DNA from: Brevibacterium luteolum
GTDB taxonomy: Bacteria > Actinomycetota > Actinomycetes > Actinomycetales > Brevibacteriaceae
NCBI RefSeq assembly: GCF_013004595.1
Contig: NZ_JABEMC010000003.1
Span: 248,001-312,000, forward strand
Length of the DNA stretch: 64,000 bases
Direction: 5' to 3'
Shown one piece after another: positions 41,085-50,480 of this stretch (the first letter of the stretch is position 1; each line of letters starts with the position of its first letter). The notes below the pieces were generated by a model. The model saw only the letters and a list, made by a program, of their open reading frames with translations. It ran no database searches and was not told where the DNA came from. The position numbers and the translations under genes are program-made.

Positions 41085-41939
41085 GTGACCATTGAACGTG
41101 CAGGAGTCATCGGCTGCGGCCTGATGGGATCGGGCATCGCCGAGGTGCTCGCCCGCGCCGGCCTGAGCGTCGTCGTCCGCGACATCAACGACGACGCAGT
41201 GGCTGCCGGCCGCAAGCGCATCGAGAAGTCCTTCGCCAAGGGCGTCGAGCGCGGCAAGATGACCGAACAGGAACGCGACGAAGCCCTCGGCCGGCTCACG
41301 TTCACCACCGAGCTCTCCGAAATGGCCGACCGCCAGCTCGTCATCGAAGCCGCCAGCGAGAACGAGGACATCAAGAAGAAGATCTTCGCCGAACTCGACG
41401 CCATCGTCACCGACGAGCAGGCGATCCTCGCCTCGAACACCTCGTCGATGCCGATCATCCGCTTCGCCCAGGCGACCTCGCGGCCCGAGCGCGTCCTCGG
41501 CCTCCACTTCTTCAACCCCGCCCCGGTGCAGCCGCTCGTCGAGATCATCTCCTCGGTCGTCACCGCGCCCGAGGTGGCAGACGAGATCGAGAAGCTCTCC
41601 ACCGAGGTGCTCGGCAAGACCCCGATCCGCTCCGATGACCGTCCCGGCTTCATCGTCAACGCCCTGCTCATCCCGTTCCTGTTCTCGGCCATCCGGATGC
41701 TCGAATCCGGTCACGCCACCAAGGAGGACATCGACACCGGCATGGTCAACGGCTGCGCGCACCCGATGGGCCCGATCAAGCTCGCCGACATGGTCGGCCT
41801 CGACACCTGCCTGTTCGTCGGCCAGAGCATCTACGAAGAGACAGGCGACCCGGCTGCCAAGCCGCCGATCCTGCTCTCGCGCATGGTCGACGGCGGCCTG
41901 CTCGGAGCCAAGACCGGCAAGGGCTTCTACGACTGGTGA
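41085..41939 (+). CDS. 3-hydroxybutyryl-CoA dehydrogenase
   Basis: GCGLMGSG, ASNTSS, HFFNP and PGFIVN motifs. Confidence 0.92.
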   Translation: MTIERAGVIGCGLMGSGIAEVLARAGLSVVVRDINDDAVAAGRKRIEKSFAKGVERGKMTEQERDEALGRLTFTTELSEMADRQLVIEAASENEDIKKKIFAELDAIVTDEQAILASNTSSMPIIRFAQATSRPERVLGLHFFNPAPVQPLVEIISSVVTAPEVADEIEKLSTEVLGKTPIRSDDRPGFIVNALLIPFLFSAIRMLESGHATKEDIDTGMVNGCAHPMGPIKLADMVGLDTCLFVGQSIYEETGDPAAKPPILLSRMVDGGLLGAKTGKGFYDW

Positions 41940-41979
41940 TCCCAGCCTGAACCGCCCAGCGACCACACGCTGACACGAC

Positions 41980-42018
41980 AGGCGCGGGTGCAGAGGACGA
42001 TCCTCTGCACCCGCGCTT
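41980..42018. terminator. Hairpin terminator between convergent genes
   Basis: GCGCGGGTGCAGAGGA-CGA-TCCTCTGCACCCGCGC. Confidence 0.75.
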
Positions 42019-42030
42019 GCGTCTTGTGTG

Positions 42031-43308
42031 TCAGTCCTGGGCGAGCAGCTTCTCGCAGGCGGCCAGCCGCACGCACACGGCGAAGCCCTCGACGGCCGTC
42101 TCGACATCCTCGAGTGTCGGCATCGACGGAGCCACCCGGATGACGGCGTTGTCCGGATCGAGCTTGTACGGGTGCGTCGAACCAGCAGGGGTGAGCTTGA
42201 CCCCGGCCTCGGCGGCGAGCTTGACGACCCGATCAGCGGTGCCGGGCATCACCGAGACGGTGACGAAGTACCCGCCGTTGGGATCCGTCCACGTCGCGAT
42301 GTCATCGTCGCCGAGGCGCTGACCGAGGATCCGGGAGACCGCCTCGAACTTCGGGCGCAGGATCTCGGCATGCTTGACCATATGGTCGACGACCCCGTCA
42401 GCATCACCGAAGAAGCGCAGGTGCCGCAGCTGATTCACTTTGTCCGGCCCGATCGACGCGGCCGCGAGATGCCCGGTGAACCAGGAGACGTCGGCATCCG
42501 AGGCGCCGAAGAACGCGACACCGGCACCGGCATGGGTGACCTTCGATGTCGAGGCGAAGATCCACACCCGGTCCGGGTTGCCGGCCTCAGCTGCCAGGGA
42601 CAGGATGTCGATCACCTCGGCGTGCGGCTGGCGCAGGTGGTGGAGGGCATAGGCGTTGTCCCACAGCAGCTTGAAGTCCTCGGCTGCGGTCTTCATCGAC
42701 ACGAGACGGCGTGCGCGCTCGTTGCTGATGGTGATGCCGGTCGGGTTCGAGTACATCGGCACCAGCCACATGCCCTTGATCGTCGGGTCGGTGGCCACCA
42801 GCTCTTCGACCTGCTCAAGGACCGGTCCCTCGTCGTCCATCTCCACGGAGACGAGCTCGAAGCCGAGCGCCTCCGCCAGATCGAAGTGACGGTCGTAACC
42901 GGGCACCGGGCACAGGATGCGGCGCGGCTGCTGGGCCCACGGGGTGGTGCCTGCTGAGGTGCCGAACAGGCAGGCGAAGCTCAGCGCCTGATGCATAAGG
43001 CTGAGCGAGGAGTTGCCCTGGGCGAGCAGCTGGGATGCTGGGACCTTGAGCAGCTGACCGAAGATCTCCCGCAGCTCGATGAGACCTTCCAGTCCGCCGT
43101 AGTTGCGCACATCGACGCCGCTGGGGGACAGGCAGTCATCAGCGGTGACGTTCGTGAGCATGTCCGCGGCCAGATCGAGCTGCTCGGCAGAGGGCTTCCC
43201 GCGCGTGATGTCGAGGGCGAGTCCGCGCCCGGCGAACGCCTCGTAGTCGGCGTGAGCCTGCTCCAGCGCAGCCTCAAGATCGGAACGGGACAGGTCAGTC
43301 AGGGACAT
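42031..43308 (-). CDS. PLP-dependent aminotransferase (Rv3722c/AspT-like aspartate aminotransferase)
   Basis: LDITRGKPS, PGYDRHF, SNPTG, WDNAY and STSK (PLP lysine) motifs. Confidence 0.88.
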   Translation of the reverse strand: MSLTDLSRSDLEAALEQAHADYEAFAGRGLALDITRGKPSAEQLDLAADMLTNVTADDCLSPSGVDVRNYGGLEGLIELREIFGQLLKVPASQLLAQGNSSLSLMHQALSFACLFGTSAGTTPWAQQPRRILCPVPGYDRHFDLAEALGFELVSVEMDDEGPVLEQVEELVATDPTIKGMWLVPMYSNPTGITISNERARRLVSMKTAAEDFKLLWDNAYALHHLRQPHAEVIDILSLAAEAGNPDRVWIFASTSKVTHAGAGVAFFGASDADVSWFTGHLAAASIGPDKVNQLRHLRFFGDADGVVDHMVKHAEILRPKFEAVSRILGQRLGDDDIATWTDPNGGYFVTVSVMPGTADRVVKLAAEAGVKLTPAGSTHPYKLDPDNAVIRVAPSMPTLEDVETAVEGFAVCVRLAACEKLLAQD

Positions 43309-43360
43309 GGGGGAGATCCTCTCACAGCGCGACGAGATCGGTGTCTCCTATACTACTGGC

Positions 43361-44359
43361 GTGCCACAATCCCCACGCGCCCAGTCACCGCTGATTCCCG
43401 TGCTGCTGGGCATCATCACAGCCGTCGTGCTCGGTGTGCTCATGTGGTTCCCCCAGCACCTCGTCCTCGGTGCTGTCACCGGCATCGCCCACCTGCAGTC
43501 ATTCCGCGCACTGGCCACCGCCGCCCTCATCGTCGTCCTCGCGCTGCTGTCTCTGAGCTTCGTCGTCGGCCGCGGCGTGCGCTTCTGCGCCGGGTTCATC
43601 GCCACCTCGCTCATCTTCGTCGCTGTCAGCCTCGGCGTGCTCGGGCTGCGCGGCGGCACCCCGCAGGCCCAGCTGCCCGCTGTGCCCGGTGATCTGCGGG
43701 TCATCTCAGCGAACCTGTTCTTCGGCGCCGGCAGCCTTGATGATGTGCTCGGCCCTGACGCCAGGGGAGCAGGGGTCATCGCCCTGCAGGAGACCGACCG
43801 GCAGACCCTCGTCGCGGCTCTTGAGCAGCGTGGTCTTGCCGGGGACTACCGCATCGCCCACCGGGCGGTCTTCGACGGTGAGGCCGGCACGGTGCTGGCC
43901 GTGCACAATTCCCTGGAACCTGAAGAGCTTGCCGATCCCGAGGCGTCGCGCGCCTTCGTGGGCATGCGCACCAGGCTTGGGGATATGTATGCCGTGCACA
44001 CGCACGCACCGATCCAGCGCAGCCTGGTCCAGCGCGAATGGCAGCGCACCGTCTCTGCTGCCACGGGCCTGTGTCAGCCCGGCAGCAGCGTTCTCGTGGC
44101 AGGCGACTTCAACGCCACTCTCGACCACGCCCCGTTCGCAGTGCCTGAGGGCTGTGCGGATGCAGCCCGCAGCCTGCGGACGGCCGGAGCCGGCACGTGG
44201 CCTGCCAGCTGGCCTGGCCTGCTCGGCGCGCAGATCGATCACCAGGTCTACGATCGGGCTGCCCTGCACCCGATCGGCGGGCAGATCCTGGAGATCTCCC
44301 GATCCGATCACCGCGGCATCGTCATCGACTACCACCTGCCGCCGGAGACGCAGCAGTGA
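43361..44359 (+). CDS. Membrane-anchored endonuclease/exonuclease/phosphatase (EEP) family protein
   Basis: Three N-terminal TM helices, ALQE, AGDFN, IDH and SDH motifs. Start set at the GTG 6 nt after TATACT. Confidence 0.85.
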   Translation: MPQSPRAQSPLIPVLLGIITAVVLGVLMWFPQHLVLGAVTGIAHLQSFRALATAALIVVLALLSLSFVVGRGVRFCAGFIATSLIFVAVSLGVLGLRGGTPQAQLPAVPGDLRVISANLFFGAGSLDDVLGPDARGAGVIALQETDRQTLVAALEQRGLAGDYRIAHRAVFDGEAGTVLAVHNSLEPEELADPEASRAFVGMRTRLGDMYAVHTHAPIQRSLVQREWQRTVSAATGLCQPGSSVLVAGDFNATLDHAPFAVPEGCADAARSLRTAGAGTWPASWPGLLGAQIDHQVYDRAALHPIGGQILEISRSDHRGIVIDYHLPPETQQ

Positions 44360-45153
44360 CCTCCCAGCCGGCCGAGAACGACCTGCGCTACGGAGCGGGC
44401 CCCAAGATCCCACAGCAGACACGGACAGCCCACGGGCGCCGCTTCGGCACGACCGCCGAACTCTACGACGCCGTCCGGCCTGGATACCCGGCTGATGCCA
44501 TCGACGCTGTGCTGGCCGGGCCGGCTGACCGGCAGTTCGATGTCTGCGACCTCGGGGCCGGCACCGGGCTGCTGAGCCGCGACCTACTGCTCGATGACCG
44601 GGTCGCCGAACTCACTGCCGTCGATCCGGATGAACAGCTGCTCGCCCGCAATCCCGCCCAGGTGCGCGTCGGCACCGCCGAGGCGATCCCGCTGCCGGAT
44701 GCCTCCGTCGACCTCGTCACCGCCGCCCAGGCCTGGCACTGGTTCGACCCGCAGGCCGCCGGTGCGGAGATCGCCCGGGTGCTGCGCCCCGGCGGCAGGC
44801 TGGCGATCCTGAACAACCAGCTCGACGTGCGCATCCCGTGGGTGCTGCGCCTGGCCCGGATCATGCACGCAGGCGACGTCTACCGGCCCGGCTGGCAGCC
44901 CCACCTCGGGCACGGGTTTACGACTGAACCCACCCAGGAGCACCTCTTCACCACACCGGTCACCATCGACACCGTCGTCAAGCTGGCAGCCACCCGGTCC
45001 TATTGGCTGCGCTCCAACGAGCGCACCCGCTCCCGGGTCGAGGCCAATATCCGCGACTATCTGGCCCATGAGGCCGGATTCGACACGACCGGCACATTCG
45101 AGCTGCCCTATCTGTGCCTCGTGAGCATCTCACGCGTGCCGACCGCAGACTGA
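44356..45153 (+). CDS. Class I SAM-dependent methyltransferase
   Basis: YDAVRPGY, DLGAGTG, AQAWHW and LRPGG motifs; GTGA overlap with the EEP stop. Confidence 0.88.
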   Translation: MTSQPAENDLRYGAGPKIPQQTRTAHGRRFGTTAELYDAVRPGYPADAIDAVLAGPADRQFDVCDLGAGTGLLSRDLLLDDRVAELTAVDPDEQLLARNPAQVRVGTAEAIPLPDASVDLVTAAQAWHWFDPQAAGAEIARVLRPGGRLAILNNQLDVRIPWVLRLARIMHAGDVYRPGWQPHLGHGFTTEPTQEHLFTTPVTIDTVVKLAATRSYWLRSNERTRSRVEANIRDYLAHEAGFDTTGTFELPYLCLVSISRVPTAD

Positions 45154-45237
45154 GACATCCCTGGTCGCAGGCGCGCCCACCCGCCTCAGGGGAGTGCCGG
45201 CATGAGAGGATGGACGCAGAGTCAGGAAGGAGACGTC

Positions 45238-46221
45238 ATGCGTGGAATCCAGCTCACTGAGCACGGCGGGCCCGAGGTGCTGCAGTGTTCCGAACTGCCC
45301 GAACCGCAGGCAGATGGAAAGGTCCTCGTCGAGGTCAAGATGGCCGGCATCAATCGGCGCGACGCGCTCATCCGCGAAGGCGCCGGACCGCAGTACCGCC
45401 CGCACCTGCCGCTCATCCTCGGCTCCGATGCCGCTGGCGTCCGCCGCGACACCGGCGAGGAGGTCATCGTCTTCCCCTCGCTCAACTGGGGTGACTCCGA
45501 TGCCTGCGCCGGCCCGGACTTCAGCATCCTCGGCGGCCCGAGCGACGGCACCTATGCCGAGCTCATCGCCGTGCCGGAAGAGAACCTGTACCCCAAGCCC
45601 AAGCGGATGGCCTGGGCCGAAGCCGGAGCGCTGGCGCTGTCGGGAGTGACGGCCTATCGCGCGCTGTTCACCGTCGGGCAGCTTGAGAAGGGCCAGACTG
45701 TCGTCATCCTCGGCGCCGGTTCCGGGCTCTCGCTGCTGGCCCTGCAGCTGGCGGTCAAGGCCGGTGCGCGTGTGGCGGTGACCTCGTCGAATCACGACAA
45801 GATCAACCTCGCCAAGGAACTCGGCGCCGTCACCGGTGTCGACTACACGGTCGACGACTGGGAGCTGACGTTGCGCGATGAGATCGGCGAGGCCGACCTC
45901 GTCTTCGACTCCGTGGGCTCGACGCTGCAGGAATCGGTCATGATGCTCAAACCCGGCGGCGCCGTCGTCGCCCTCGGCGGGACGGAGAACCAGGGCGTCG
46001 TCGAGGATTTCGACATCCGCACCCTGTACCTGGCCCACAAGCGCGTGCTCGGCACCGCCATGGGCTCCCCGCGGGACTTCGCCGGCCTGCTCGATATGGT
46101 CGAAGACGGTTCGATCGACCCGATCATCGACTCCGTCTACCCGCTCGACGAGGCGGCAGAGGCCCACTCGCAGCTCGATTCGAACCTGCGCTTCGGCAAG
46201 ATCGTGCTGAGCACCGACTGA
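45238..46221 (+). CDS. Zinc-independent MDR quinone oxidoreductase / alcohol dehydrogenase family
   Basis: GGPEVL, PLILGSD, GAGSG and GKIVL motifs. Confidence 0.88.
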   Translation: MRGIQLTEHGGPEVLQCSELPEPQADGKVLVEVKMAGINRRDALIREGAGPQYRPHLPLILGSDAAGVRRDTGEEVIVFPSLNWGDSDACAGPDFSILGGPSDGTYAELIAVPEENLYPKPKRMAWAEAGALALSGVTAYRALFTVGQLEKGQTVVILGAGSGLSLLALQLAVKAGARVAVTSSNHDKINLAKELGAVTGVDYTVDDWELTLRDEIGEADLVFDSVGSTLQESVMMLKPGGAVVALGGTENQGVVEDFDIRTLYLAHKRVLGTAMGSPRDFAGLLDMVEDGSIDPIIDSVYPLDEAAEAHSQLDSNLRFGKIVLSTD

Positions 46222-46268
46222 GCCGCAGCACAGCTCCGGCTTCCCTCAGCACCGGGAACTGAGTCACG

Positions 46269-46305
46269 AAACGGGCCGCACACCTGAGCAGGTGTGCGGC
46301 CCGTT
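46269..46305. terminator. Hairpin terminator between the oxidoreductase and hsp20
   Basis: AACGGGCCGCACACCTG-AG-CAGGTGTGCGGCCCGTT. Confidence 0.8.
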
Positions 46306-46340
46306 GGCGTGATGAGCTGGGCGCAGGAGCGCTCAGCCGA

Positions 46341-46778
46341 TCAGGCCTGGGTCTCGTCGCCGGAAATGACGTCTCCGCGCTGGGTGTGGTTGACCGAGAT
46401 CTTGCGCGGCTTGGCCTCTTCTGCGACCGGGATGGTCAGCAGCAGCACGCCGTCCTCGTAGGCAGCGGTGATCTGGTCGAGGGCGATGCGGTTGCCCAGC
46501 GTCAGCTGGCGGGCGAAGGTGCCCGTCGGGCGCTCACGGCTGAGCCACTGCACCTCGGAGCTCTCCGTCGAGGCGGTCCGCTCGGCGCGCACCGTCAGCG
46601 TGCGATCCTGCACGTCGACATCGATGCTCGACGGGTCGACACCGGGCATGTCGATGCGGGCGACGAAGGCGTCGCCGTCGCGGTACAGGTCCATCGGCAG
46701 GGCGGTGCTGTTCGGGGTGCGGGTGATGTCGGAGAAGAAGCGGTCGAGATCGCGGATCGGATCGAACTTTGCAGCCAT
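46341..46778 (-). CDS. Hsp20/alpha-crystallin small heat-shock protein
   Basis: DPIRDLDR, DMPGV and AAYEDGVL motifs. Confidence 0.95.
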   Translation of the reverse strand: MAAKFDPIRDLDRFFSDITRTPNSTALPMDLYRDGDAFVARIDMPGVDPSSIDVDVQDRTLTVRAERTASTESSEVQWLSRERPTGTFARQLTLGNRIALDQITAAYEDGVLLLTIPVAEEAKPRKISVNHTQRGDVISGDETQA

Positions 46779-46810
46779 GGCAGGCTCCTTTCGGTCAGCT
46801 GGTCGCTTAC

Positions 46811-46831
46811 GTTGAGTCTAACGCGCTCAAC
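46811..46831. promoter_or_regulatory. HAIR (HspR operator)
   Basis: GTTGAGT-N7-GCTCAAC against consensus CTTGAGT-N7-ACTCAAG, upstream of hsp20. Confidence 0.8.
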
Positions 46832-46845
46832 TTTGGTTTCATTCC
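46820..46845 (-). promoter_or_regulatory. SigH/SigE-type promoter of hsp20
   Basis: Minus strand GGAAT-N17-CGTT, overlapping the HAIR. Confidence 0.75.
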
Positions 46846-46897
46846 CGTCACTTGACCAGTTTCCTGGGAATCACCTCAGTCTCCATAGAGTGGGCAC

Positions 46898-47830
46898 ATG
46901 GACTTCGTCAGTGTTGTCGGCGCCCTCATCCCGGTCGCCGGCCTCATCGCCTTCGGCTGGGTGCTGCGCCGGCTGCGGCTGCTGAGTGACCCTGATTTCT
47001 GGTCCGGTGCCGAGAAGCTCGCCTACTTTGTCCTACTGCCGGTGCTGCTCTTCCGCAACATCTCAGCTGTCGACATCTCCCACATCGACATCGGCCGCCT
47101 GGCCGCCGCCCTCGTCCTGCCGACGATCGGCATCACGATCATCCTCTTCGCACTCAACCGGGTGCTCGCCTCCGACCGGCCATCGTTCACCTCTGTGGTC
47201 CAAGGTGCGATCCGGTTCAACACCTATATCGGCCTGTCTCTGTCGGCGACTCTCTTCGGCCCGGAGGGCGCGGCACTGGCTGCCATCGTCGGCGCGGTGC
47301 TCGTCCCACTCGTCAACGTGCTCTCCTCGATCGCCTTCGAGCTCTTCCTCGTCGACAAGCGCTCCTGGCTGGCACTCGGCCGCTCGGTCATCCTCAACCC
47401 GCTCGTGCTCGGCTGTGCTGCCGGTGGGGCGTGGAATGTGCTGCCGGTGACCACGCCCGAGGCGGTGGCCGGGATGATCGATCCGCTCGCCGCTGCCGCG
47501 CTGCCGATCGGCCTGCTGTGCGTCGGTGCTGGCATCCGGCGGTTCTCGGTGCGCGAGCACGCCGTCGCCTTCGTCTCAGCGACCGTGCTCAAGCTGCTCA
47601 TCGTCCCGGCGGTCACGGTCGTCTCGCTGCTGGCATTCGGCGTCAGGGGAGAGGCTGCTGTCGTCGGGCTCATCTTCCAGTCGATCGCAACAGCCTCCAG
47701 CGCCTACGTCATGGCTCGGCAGCTCGGCGGCAACGCCACTCTCATGGCCGCTCTCATTGCAGGTCAGACGGTCATCTCGATGCTGACCCTGCCGATCGTC
47801 TTGACGACCGGTGCACAGCTGCTGCTGTGA
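46898..47830 (+). CDS. AEC (auxin efflux carrier)-family transporter
   Basis: About 10 TM helices, RFNTYIG, LNPLVL and SAYVMARQLGG motifs. Confidence 0.88.
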   Translation: MDFVSVVGALIPVAGLIAFGWVLRRLRLLSDPDFWSGAEKLAYFVLLPVLLFRNISAVDISHIDIGRLAAALVLPTIGITIILFALNRVLASDRPSFTSVVQGAIRFNTYIGLSLSATLFGPEGAALAAIVGAVLVPLVNVLSSIAFELFLVDKRSWLALGRSVILNPLVLGCAAGGAWNVLPVTTPEAVAGMIDPLAAAALPIGLLCVGAGIRRFSVREHAVAFVSATVLKLLIVPAVTVVSLLAFGVRGEAAVVGLIFQSIATASSAYVMARQLGGNATLMAALIAGQTVISMLTLPIVLTTGAQLLL

Positions 47831-47941
47831 GAGCCTTTCGAACTCCTCACATTCACCGGATTCGGTGTGCATCTCCACAGGGGCACGGATTAAACTCTGA
47901 TTCGTCCCCGCATCCCCGTCTGCACCCAGGATCGTCTCCTC

Positions 47942-49417
47942 ATGTCGCGTCGTCCCCGCGCCGCTGTCGCTTCAGCGGCGATCGCAGCCCTGCTGCTCAG
48001 CGGCTGCGCCTCGAACGGCACCAGCCGCGAGGCAGCAGCACAGGTCACCGCACTCGCCGATGGCCGCACACCGTTCGCCGCTGCAGCCGAACCTGCCGAT
48101 GTGCTCGGCCAGCGCCACGAATCCGACAGCCCGGACTATACTCTGCGCTTTCCCGAGGTTCGCGGTGCTGAGGCGTTCAATCGGAAGATCAGTGACTTCG
48201 TCAGCGAGCTGCGCCGCCAGCGGCTGCCCGAATCCGAGTCATCAGGCGCAGGCGGAAAGAAGCCTGTGCCGGGGGAGTACGAGCTTGACTGGCAGGTGAC
48301 GCAGAACTGCCGCAGCCACGTCTCCTTCCTGCTCCATGACCGCAGCACTCTGCCCGGTGCCGGACCGGAGGCCTATTACACCAAGGTGCTCGACCGTGAT
48401 GCCGGAACCGAGATTCCGGCAGCCGAGCTGTTCACCAAGGCAGGGCAGCGAGAACTCGCCACCCACGTGCTTGAGGCCCTGCGGCGCAAGGGCTACCGGA
48501 CCAGCGCCCATGACGCCGCGCACCTGAGCAGTGTGCAGGTCGAAGCCATCACCACCGGCACTACCGTCGACGGACACGGGGGACTGGTGACCCACCTCGG
48601 CAGCGGCATCGTCAATGCCCGCGGTGACGATTCGGTGGCCGTGAGCTTCACCGGCGACCAGGCCCGCGACTGGCTGACAGCAGCCGGGCGGGAGTGGCTG
48701 AACGACTCGGCGCCTGGGCCGCAGCTCAAAGCAGGGCAGAAGATTCCCGAGCACGTCACCCGCGACCGCAACGATGTCGACTGCGCTGAGACCAAGTGCG
48801 TGGCCCTGACCTATGACGACGGTCCGGGCGAGGACACCCCACAGCTGCTTGACGCGCTGGCGGCCGAAGGCGTGCCGGCAACGTTCTTCGTCAAGGGCAC
48901 CTCGATCGCGGGCAATGAGGCCACGCTCAAGCGGATCGCCGAGGAGGGCCATGAAATCGGCAGCCACACATGGAACCATCCGCAGCTGACGAAGATCTCG
49001 CGATCGGCAGCCGAGCGGGAGCATGCCCGCATCAACGGCGCGATCGAGAAGGTGACAGGGGAGAAGCCCACGGTCTTCCGCCCGCCTTACGGCGCCTTCG
49101 CCAAGGGTGTTCCCGACGGCGGGCTGCCGTCGATCATCTGGAGCCTGGACACCAATGACTGGCAGAACAAGAAGGCACCGGAGAAGACCGTCAAGGCCGC
49201 GACCACTGACGTGCGGCCAGGCGACATCATCCTCATGCACGACATCCACAAGCCCAGTGTCGAAGCCAGCCCGCAGATCATCGCCAAGCTCAAGGAACAG
49301 GGCTTCACGCTGGTGACCGTCAGCGAGCTCTTCGGCGGGGAACTCAAGCCGGGGCAGAGCTACTACAGCGATGAGCGCAAGGAGGGCAGCCGCCACATTC
49401 CGCGCTGGGCTGGGTGA
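47942..49417 (+). CDS. Lipoprotein polysaccharide/peptidoglycan deacetylase (CE4, NodB domain)
   Basis: Lipobox LLSGC, ALTYDDGP, HTWNHP, FRPPYG and LMHD motifs. Confidence 0.9.
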   Translation: MSRRPRAAVASAAIAALLLSGCASNGTSREAAAQVTALADGRTPFAAAAEPADVLGQRHESDSPDYTLRFPEVRGAEAFNRKISDFVSELRRQRLPESESSGAGGKKPVPGEYELDWQVTQNCRSHVSFLLHDRSTLPGAGPEAYYTKVLDRDAGTEIPAAELFTKAGQRELATHVLEALRRKGYRTSAHDAAHLSSVQVEAITTGTTVDGHGGLVTHLGSGIVNARGDDSVAVSFTGDQARDWLTAAGREWLNDSAPGPQLKAGQKIPEHVTRDRNDVDCAETKCVALTYDDGPGEDTPQLLDALAAEGVPATFFVKGTSIAGNEATLKRIAEEGHEIGSHTWNHPQLTKISRSAAEREHARINGAIEKVTGEKPTVFRPPYGAFAKGVPDGGLPSIIWSLDTNDWQNKKAPEKTVKAATTDVRPGDIILMHDIHKPSVEASPQIIAKLKEQGFTLVTVSELFGGELKPGQSYYSDERKEGSRHIPRWAG

Positions 49418-49547
49418 GAGCCAATGACATTGCCTGGCGGCTGCGTGGAACCGGCAGGTCGGCTACCAGGTGAGTCTCAGCATTGGGTATCCTTGTTCCG
49501 AGACACGCAATGGCCCGCTCAACAACCCGTTTCAGGAGGTGTATCAC

Positions 49548-49667
49548 GTGGCAGACATCATCATCTCCATGTGCATCGTCGGTGCAGTCATGTTCGCGCC
49601 GATGGTCGCAACGCTTTTCATGCCGGCCGGACGCGGTCGCACGACCGTGACCAGCCAGGACGACTGA
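49548..49667 (+). CDS. Small single-TM membrane peptide (39 aa)
   Basis: AGGAGGT RBS then GTG; MADIIISMCIVGAVMFAPMVATLFMPAGRGRTTVTSQDD; followed by a terminator. Confidence 0.55.
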   Translation: MADIIISMCIVGAVMFAPMVATLFMPAGRGRTTVTSQDD

Positions 49668-49713
49668 GGAAAGCACTCGTCTGCCAGCCTCGCTGAGCGG
49701 AACGATGACGGAT

Positions 49714-49747
49714 ACGGTGCACTGCCACGAAGGCGGTGCACCGTTTC
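49714..49747 (+). terminator. Intrinsic terminator after the small ORF
   Basis: ACGGTGCACTGCC-ACGAA-GGCGGTGCACCGT-TTC. Confidence 0.7.
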
Positions 49748-49832
49748 GCATTCAAGGGACACTCCAGCACCGGTGAGGGAGAGTGGCTGGCTCTGGCGCC
49801 GAGCAGATGTGTGCGGGAGCGTCTGAAACTGT

Positions 49833-49860
49833 AGTTTACATAATGTATATTATCGGCGTA
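49833..49860 (-). other. dif: dif site (XerC/XerD chromosome dimer resolution site)
   Basis: Minus strand TACGCCGATAA-TATACA-TTATGTAAACT: 11-6-11 layout with actinobacterial-type XerC arm (CGCCGATAA) and XerD arm (TTATGT.AA.T). AT-rich island in an intergenic region. Confidence 0.85.
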
Positions 49861-50239
49861 CGACGGTGATTGCGGGAACTAGGCGCGCAGCGGTGTCCAT
49901 GTGCTCACGCTCGGCTGCCTCCACCTGTCTTCATGGTCGCACGGACTGCGCCTGCCGCAGCGTATGCGTATGGCCATCTGCCTGCCGTGTGCGTTCGGGT
50001 GTCCTTGACGCTCCGGTGTCTGCGGGTGCGCAGCGTTCGCACTCCATATAGACGTTGTCGTGACCCTCGTGTCGTGTCCTCGACTGCACTGGTGATGTTG
50101 CTCTAGTGACGTTCTGTCGGTGGCTGCCCTCTGGTCATGGATACGTCATGTGGCATTCCTGGCCCCTGCGAGGTCACGGCTGCACTGTCTCCCGCGCATC
50201 AGAACAGACGCCCAGGGCACATGCGGGTATGCGGAATTA

Positions 50240-50250
50240 TTATGTCAACC
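50240..50250 (+). other. Second XerD-arm-like sequence, inverted relative to dif
   Basis: TTATGTCAACC, 9/11 identical to the dif XerD arm; the adjacent XerC arm is degenerate. Confidence 0.5.
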
Positions 50251-50461
50251 TGCCTGTACGGCCCTCGTCTGCTCACGTTTGAGTCCCGCGTCAGCGGCCG
50301 TGCAGTGCTGACGACGATTCGTCGAGCTGCCCGCGTAGCTGCCCGCTGGGCATGCGTGAGGAGTTGCGGGCCATCCGAACAGAGGCGACCACCGCCTCGG
50401 GAACGACCCCTACTCCCCTGTACCACTCCAGCGCTTGTCTCTATTCTGGAATGTTTCCAGG

Positions 50462-50480
50462 TTAGGCGTTCTTTGCCTTA
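50462..50480. promoter_or_regulatory. DtxR/IdeR-like iron box upstream of ferritin
   Basis: TTAGGCGTTCTTTGCCTTA (TWAGG-N9-CCTWA), overlapping AGGTTAGGC. Confidence 0.55.

Noticed and set aside
43306..43309. Overlapping divergent start codons (CATG) of the aminotransferase and EEP genes
   Set aside because: The EEP gene more plausibly starts at GTG 43361 after a TATACT -10.
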